Assembly: GCF_001194135.2 (NCBI RefSeq)
Contig: NC_068987.1
Span: forward strand, 90,021,461-90,085,460
Origin: Octopus bimaculoides
Taxonomy: Eukaryota
DNA length: 64,000 nt
Reading direction: 5' to 3'
Made by a program: the position numbers and the translations under genes
The notes under the pieces: generated by a model
Database searches by the model: none
Seen by the model: the letters and a program-made list of their open reading frames with translations, nothing else
Told to the model about the DNA's origin: nothing
Part shown: positions 63,891 through 64,000 of the stretch, piece after piece
Layout: each line of letters starts with the position of its first letter
Numbering within the stretch: the first letter of the stretch is position 1

Positions 63891-64000
63891 TGATACAAAA
63901 TATTACCAGGAATATTTTATAAAATTTGGTTATATATAAATTCAGTGCAACAGGAGAGATTTCCCAAAAGTTCCAAGATCATCATCATCATCATCATCGT

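Noticed and set aside
1-64000. Conserved bilaterian or molluscan miRNAs, rRNA or snRNA genes
   Set aside because: None of the mature sequences I recall was noticed by eye; an Infernal or MirMachine scan is needed to exclude them.

Overview
AT-rich eukaryotic non-coding DNA with 10 assembly gaps, most abutting microsatellites or repeat arrays. The repeat families look like those of a coleoid cephalopod, probably Octopus (recognised from memory, not searched). I found no confidently supportable host protein-coding exon; the supplied ORFs are gap-spanning, microsatellite-derived or antisense to repeats. The window is a transposon graveyard: many tRNA-head SINEs, 5'-truncated RTE LINE ends, and decayed coding remnants of RTE, R4/Dong (restriction-like endonuclease), Penelope, mariner, maT (DD37D) and hAT elements, plus hAT- and piggyBac-like MITEs. 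Best leads: (1) a 374-bp element at 2236-2609 with a perfect 12-bp TSD that joins a tRNA-derived Pol III head to a Penelope-type tail carrying a minimal hammerhead-ribozyme fold, with an inverted copy of that tail at its 5' end; (2) a second hammerhead-like tail family with an A6U core; (3) a variable-copy array of double-hairpin modules inside the RTE 3' UTR. All coordinates were counted by hand and element boundaries are approximate.
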